NCBI GenBank assembly: GCA_019057385.1
Contig: JAHQJS010000004.1
Span: forward strand, 1,169,068 to 1,233,067
Reading direction: 5' to 3'
Source of the DNA: Candidatus Borrarchaeum weybense
GTDB taxonomy: Archaea > Asgardarchaeota > Sifarchaeia > Borrarchaeales > Borrarchaeaceae
DNA: 64,000 nt
Numbering within the stretch: the first letter of the stretch is position 1; each line of letters begins with the position of its first letter. The translations under genes and the position numbers were made by a program. Of the stretch, positions 61,084-64,000 are shown piece by piece. The notes under the pieces are model-generated. The model saw nothing but the letters and a program-made list of their open reading frames with translations, was not told the origin of the DNA and searched no databases.

Positions 61084-63087
61084 CTAGATAGTGATAACTA
61101 GATTCTCGGTAGCGGGAACTATTTTGAAATATGGCTCTTCAAGTTGATATCTGCCCCCCTCAACGCTAATTTCCTCTCCAGCAGCACAGGGTATCAAGAA
61201 GGTGATTTCTTCTGGAGTTTTCAAATAAACCTTCGTAAGATGTTCATCTATATGACTTTTCAAAGAAATATCTTTACCAAGGAATTTAAAATTGTGTATC
61301 TCAGAGGATTTAAAGATATCAATTGGAACGACTACCTGAAAATCCGCGCAGCGGATATCAAAGAATCCTTCTAAGATCGTTTTTATGTACTCTTCGTGAC
61401 TAAAACTTTGCGGAAAGTTACCTCTCTGCTCTAAGGAGCTAGGGTAAAAATGCTCAGCCATCAGTCCTAGACTATTTGAGCAAAAAATTGCAGAAGAAAG
61501 CAAATCGTAGTATCTATCGAACTTTCCTGCTCTGGTAAAATGTCTAGCAAGCCAGAATGTAGAAAGAAAGAATGGATGCTCCTCATCTGGATATCGGGCA
61601 AATCCTCCGTCTCTATCTAAGATCTTTACAATTTTATCTACTGTCTTCATCATCTTTGGATCGTCAATAGGAATTAATTCATAAAGACTAAGCGCTAATA
61701 CGGAAGAATCTAATATATGTTTCTCAAAACTTTGAACAAAGGATCCTTGAGACTCAGACCAGCCTTTAGTATCAATTTTCTTCATTATTGCTTCGAACGT
61801 TTCCTTATAGGGATCTAATATAACCGGTGAAGATAAAACCTTGCAGATAGTTATAAAATCTCTCAACCCTACCGCACATATAGCCTTGCCATAGACATAA
61901 TTGTACCTTTCTCCTCTAAATTCCCAAATTCCATTCTCTTTGAGATCCCAGATGTCTAAAATTACATCTGCAGCCAACTTCAATCGAGGGAAAGTTTCTT
62001 TCAAATAGTTGATATCTCCACTGTGTTGATAGTATTTGAGAACTGAATTAATTACTAGGCCTTCACTATCAATTTGAAATTGATCTGATGCCGCATTTCC
62101 AATCCGAATTTTACCTCCATACTCTTCAGGTATATCAAGCACGGATTCATTCCCCAATTTTTTACCATTGATAGTATAAAGAGGGTGTTCCCAGTGACCA
62201 TCATCGCCCTGAATACTGAAGAGAAAATCTAGAACTCTCCTAGAGGACGTAAAACAACTACTCATAGAAAGTGCTTCAGAGGTGAAGCATGCGTCCCTTA
62301 CCCAACAGTATCGATAATCCCAATTCCCGTCTTTACCAAGTGTATCAGGTATGCTGGTGGTGGGTGCTGCTAAAACAGCCCCTGTTGGATGATAGATCAA
62401 ATTGTGAAGAACCTGTAAGCTAATTTTATATATCTCAGAGATTTCCCTGAGACCGACATTGATCTGAACAGTATTTTCAAAAAACCTCTTCCAGAAGTCT
62501 AACTGCTGATTGAAAGGATGTGCTATTCCACACGGACCTCCGAATGAAAAATGCAGTTCGGTGAAAAAATCTCTGTCTAGATCTATTAGAATAATATTAT
62601 CTTTTTCAATATTCAAGTTGTGTTTTGAGCTAAGATAAATTTCAGAATTGCCTCCTGTAAGTTTGACAATATTTCCAATTTTTTCCAGTTTTACTTCTGC
62701 ATCATCGAAGAATTTAAGAGTCAACCCTAATTTTTCAGGAGGATTATCGTAAAAAGTGAGCCGCCTTAAATAACAATTTGTAGCATGTGGCATATAGTCA
62801 ATGAGATGAACAGTTAAGTTTGAATCCATCAGGATATTCACTAAAATGGGATAGTAATTTAAATAATGCAGATGAACACTCTCAAAGTTTTCTAGAAACG
62901 TATCTTCACCCGAATCTCTTGTAAACAATTTTATATAACCGCCCTTAGACTTATTTAAGATAGAAGCAATTAATAGATCAGAATCAAACTGAGGGAGAGA
63001 GAGCCATTCTATATTAGAATTTTCATTTATTAGCATTCCAGTGATACCATTTCCTAAGTAACCATAATTTGGGAACAACGACTTCAA
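61084..63087 (-). CDS. Glycoside hydrolase family 15 (trehalase/glucoamylase-like)
   Basis: AAPTTS.P, NWDYRYCWVRD, GIWEFR, GNFPQSFSH. Confidence 0.9.
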   Translation of the reverse strand: MKSLFPNYGYLGNGITGMLINENSNIEWLSLPQFDSDLLIASILNKSKGGYIKLFTRDSGEDTFLENFESVHLHYLNYYPILVNILMDSNLTVHLIDYMPHATNCYLRRLTFYDNPPEKLGLTLKFFDDAEVKLEKIGNIVKLTGGNSEIYLSSKHNLNIEKDNIILIDLDRDFFTELHFSFGGPCGIAHPFNQQLDFWKRFFENTVQINVGLREISEIYKISLQVLHNLIYHPTGAVLAAPTTSIPDTLGKDGNWDYRYCWVRDACFTSEALSMSSCFTSSRRVLDFLFSIQGDDGHWEHPLYTINGKKLGNESVLDIPEEYGGKIRIGNAASDQFQIDSEGLVINSVLKYYQHSGDINYLKETFPRLKLAADVILDIWDLKENGIWEFRGERYNYVYGKAICAVGLRDFITICKVLSSPVILDPYKETFEAIMKKIDTKGWSESQGSFVQSFEKHILDSSVLALSLYELIPIDDPKMMKTVDKIVKILDRDGGFARYPDEEHPFFLSTFWLARHFTRAGKFDRYYDLLSSAIFCSNSLGLMAEHFYPSSLEQRGNFPQSFSHEEYIKTILEGFFDIRCADFQVVVPIDIFKSSEIHNFKFLGKDISLKSHIDEHLTKVYLKTPEEITFLIPCAAGEEISVEGGRYQLEEPYFKIVPATENLVITI

Positions 63088-63266
63088 CCCCTTTTCTTAA
63101 TCCACTCTCTAGTAATTTATGTGTTTAAAATGATCAAATTTGCGAACTAAAAAGCCCCATTAACCCCCTTAAATCTAATTTATGCCTTCAAGAGGTTCAG
63201 AGCCTATCTGTTCTCTCCATTTTGCTCTGTCAAGATAAAAACCACCGTTGAAAAGTCCAGTGTGAC

Positions 63267-64000
63267 TCACTTCTTGTCGCTTTCAATTTCTTCTAATTCT
63301 GTTAATAGTGATCTCACTTCTCTAAAAGACTTCACACTGAATTTAGCATGAGAGGGCCCCAATCCCACCTTAATAGAATATCCTGATTCAGGAATGACTG
63401 CAAAAATATCTTCGTCGGTCACATCATCTCCTATTGCCAGAATAAAGTCCCAAGTATCTTTGGAAATCCAGTTTAACGCTGCCTTTCCCTTGTTTATACC
63501 AACGTTCTTGATCTCAATCACTTTGTTCCCTTCCAAAACTGCAACATTAAGATTGGCAAATAAATCTAAAAGCTGCGCTTTTAACTCACCTGCCCTTATT
63601 AAAGCCAATTCTGGATCTACTTGCCGATAGTGCCAGGCGAGGGAAAAATCTTTTTCTTCGATGAGGGCACCTGGAGTTCTATCTACATAGCGTTCAAGCA
63701 GTGGTCTTATTTCTTCTTTCCAATCGTTTCTTAAAGGCTCGATCATCTGCCACATACTTTCTTTTTCCTTAAGCCACACGCCATGCTCAGCAATCATTTC
63801 AAGCTTTAGACCACGCAACCATTTTTCCAATATTTCTTTGTCTCGTCCGCTTATTATGACAATTGTATTATTTGTATTCTGAGTAAGACATTTAAGCATT
63901 TCTAAGAGCTCCGCATCTGGTTTCGCTTTTGTGGGTTTTTTTACAAATGGAGTAAGAGTTCCATCGTAATCTAATAAAAGCAATCGTTTTTTGCTTTTAA
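63267..64000 (-). CDS. otsB: Trehalose-6-phosphate phosphatase domain, 5'-truncated by the window (probably a TPS/TPP fusion)
   Basis: LDYDGTL, ISGR, AEHG, NKG, GDDVTDED; frame stays open to the window edge. Confidence 0.88.
   Translation of the reverse strand, partial: KSKKRLLLLDYDGTLTPFVKKPTKAKPDAELLEMLKCLTQNTNNTIVIISGRDKEILEKWLRGLKLEMIAEHGVWLKEKESMWQMIEPLRNDWKEEIRPLLERYVDRTPGALIEEKDFSLAWHYRQVDPELALIRAGELKAQLLDLFANLNVAVLEGNKVIEIKNVGINKGKAALNWISKDTWDFILAIGDDVTDEDIFAVIPESGYSIKVGLGPSHAKFSVKSFREVRSLLTELEEIESDKK

Noticed and set aside
969-63630. Many short ORFs antisense to or overlapping long genes (e.g. 4091..4483, 30857..31327, 39563..40039)
   Set aside because: Shadow frames of well-supported genes with no motifs
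1-64000. CRISPR arrays, tRNA or rRNA genes
   Set aside because: No regularly spaced repeats, cloverleaf motifs or rRNA signatures seen by eye; a tRNAscan/Infernal run would be needed to be certain

Overview
AT-rich archaeal chromosomal window: two TFB genes, iorAB, hdrA, xerA, TATA boxes and GGTGA-type Shine-Dalgarno sites. The eukaryote-type 3'-UTR SECIS suggests an Asgard-like lineage (inference). Most of it is metabolic and stress genes: geranylgeranyl reductase, acyl-CoA ligase, ABC exporter pair, iorAB, old-yellow-enzyme flavoprotein, HdrD-like protein, HdrA-MvhD fusion, 2-oxoacid/acetoin dehydrogenase E1a/E1b/E2, DUF1998 helicase, multi-PAS kinase, two MscS, two USP, CBS-HPF protein, trehalose genes. 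Points the ORF track misses or that stand out: (1) selD is a selenoprotein (in-frame UGA, HGUSCK) followed by a K-turn SECIS-like hairpin; (2) a compact DUF6884-dpdA-wHTH-queT 7-deazaguanine locus with no other dpd genes; (3) three IS200/IS605-type elements, one with intact tnpB and two protein-less with a promoter and a structured RNA, each flanked by a 7-13 bp direct repeat although this family normally makes none; (4) an IS607-like TnpB between iorA and iorB with a Fanzor-like rearranged RuvC glutamate; (5) hdrA needs a CTG start, tfb2 has a 1-nt frameshift after its ATG, and a surface propeller-repeat gene has an in-frame TAG. All family calls are by motif recognition; no database searches were run.
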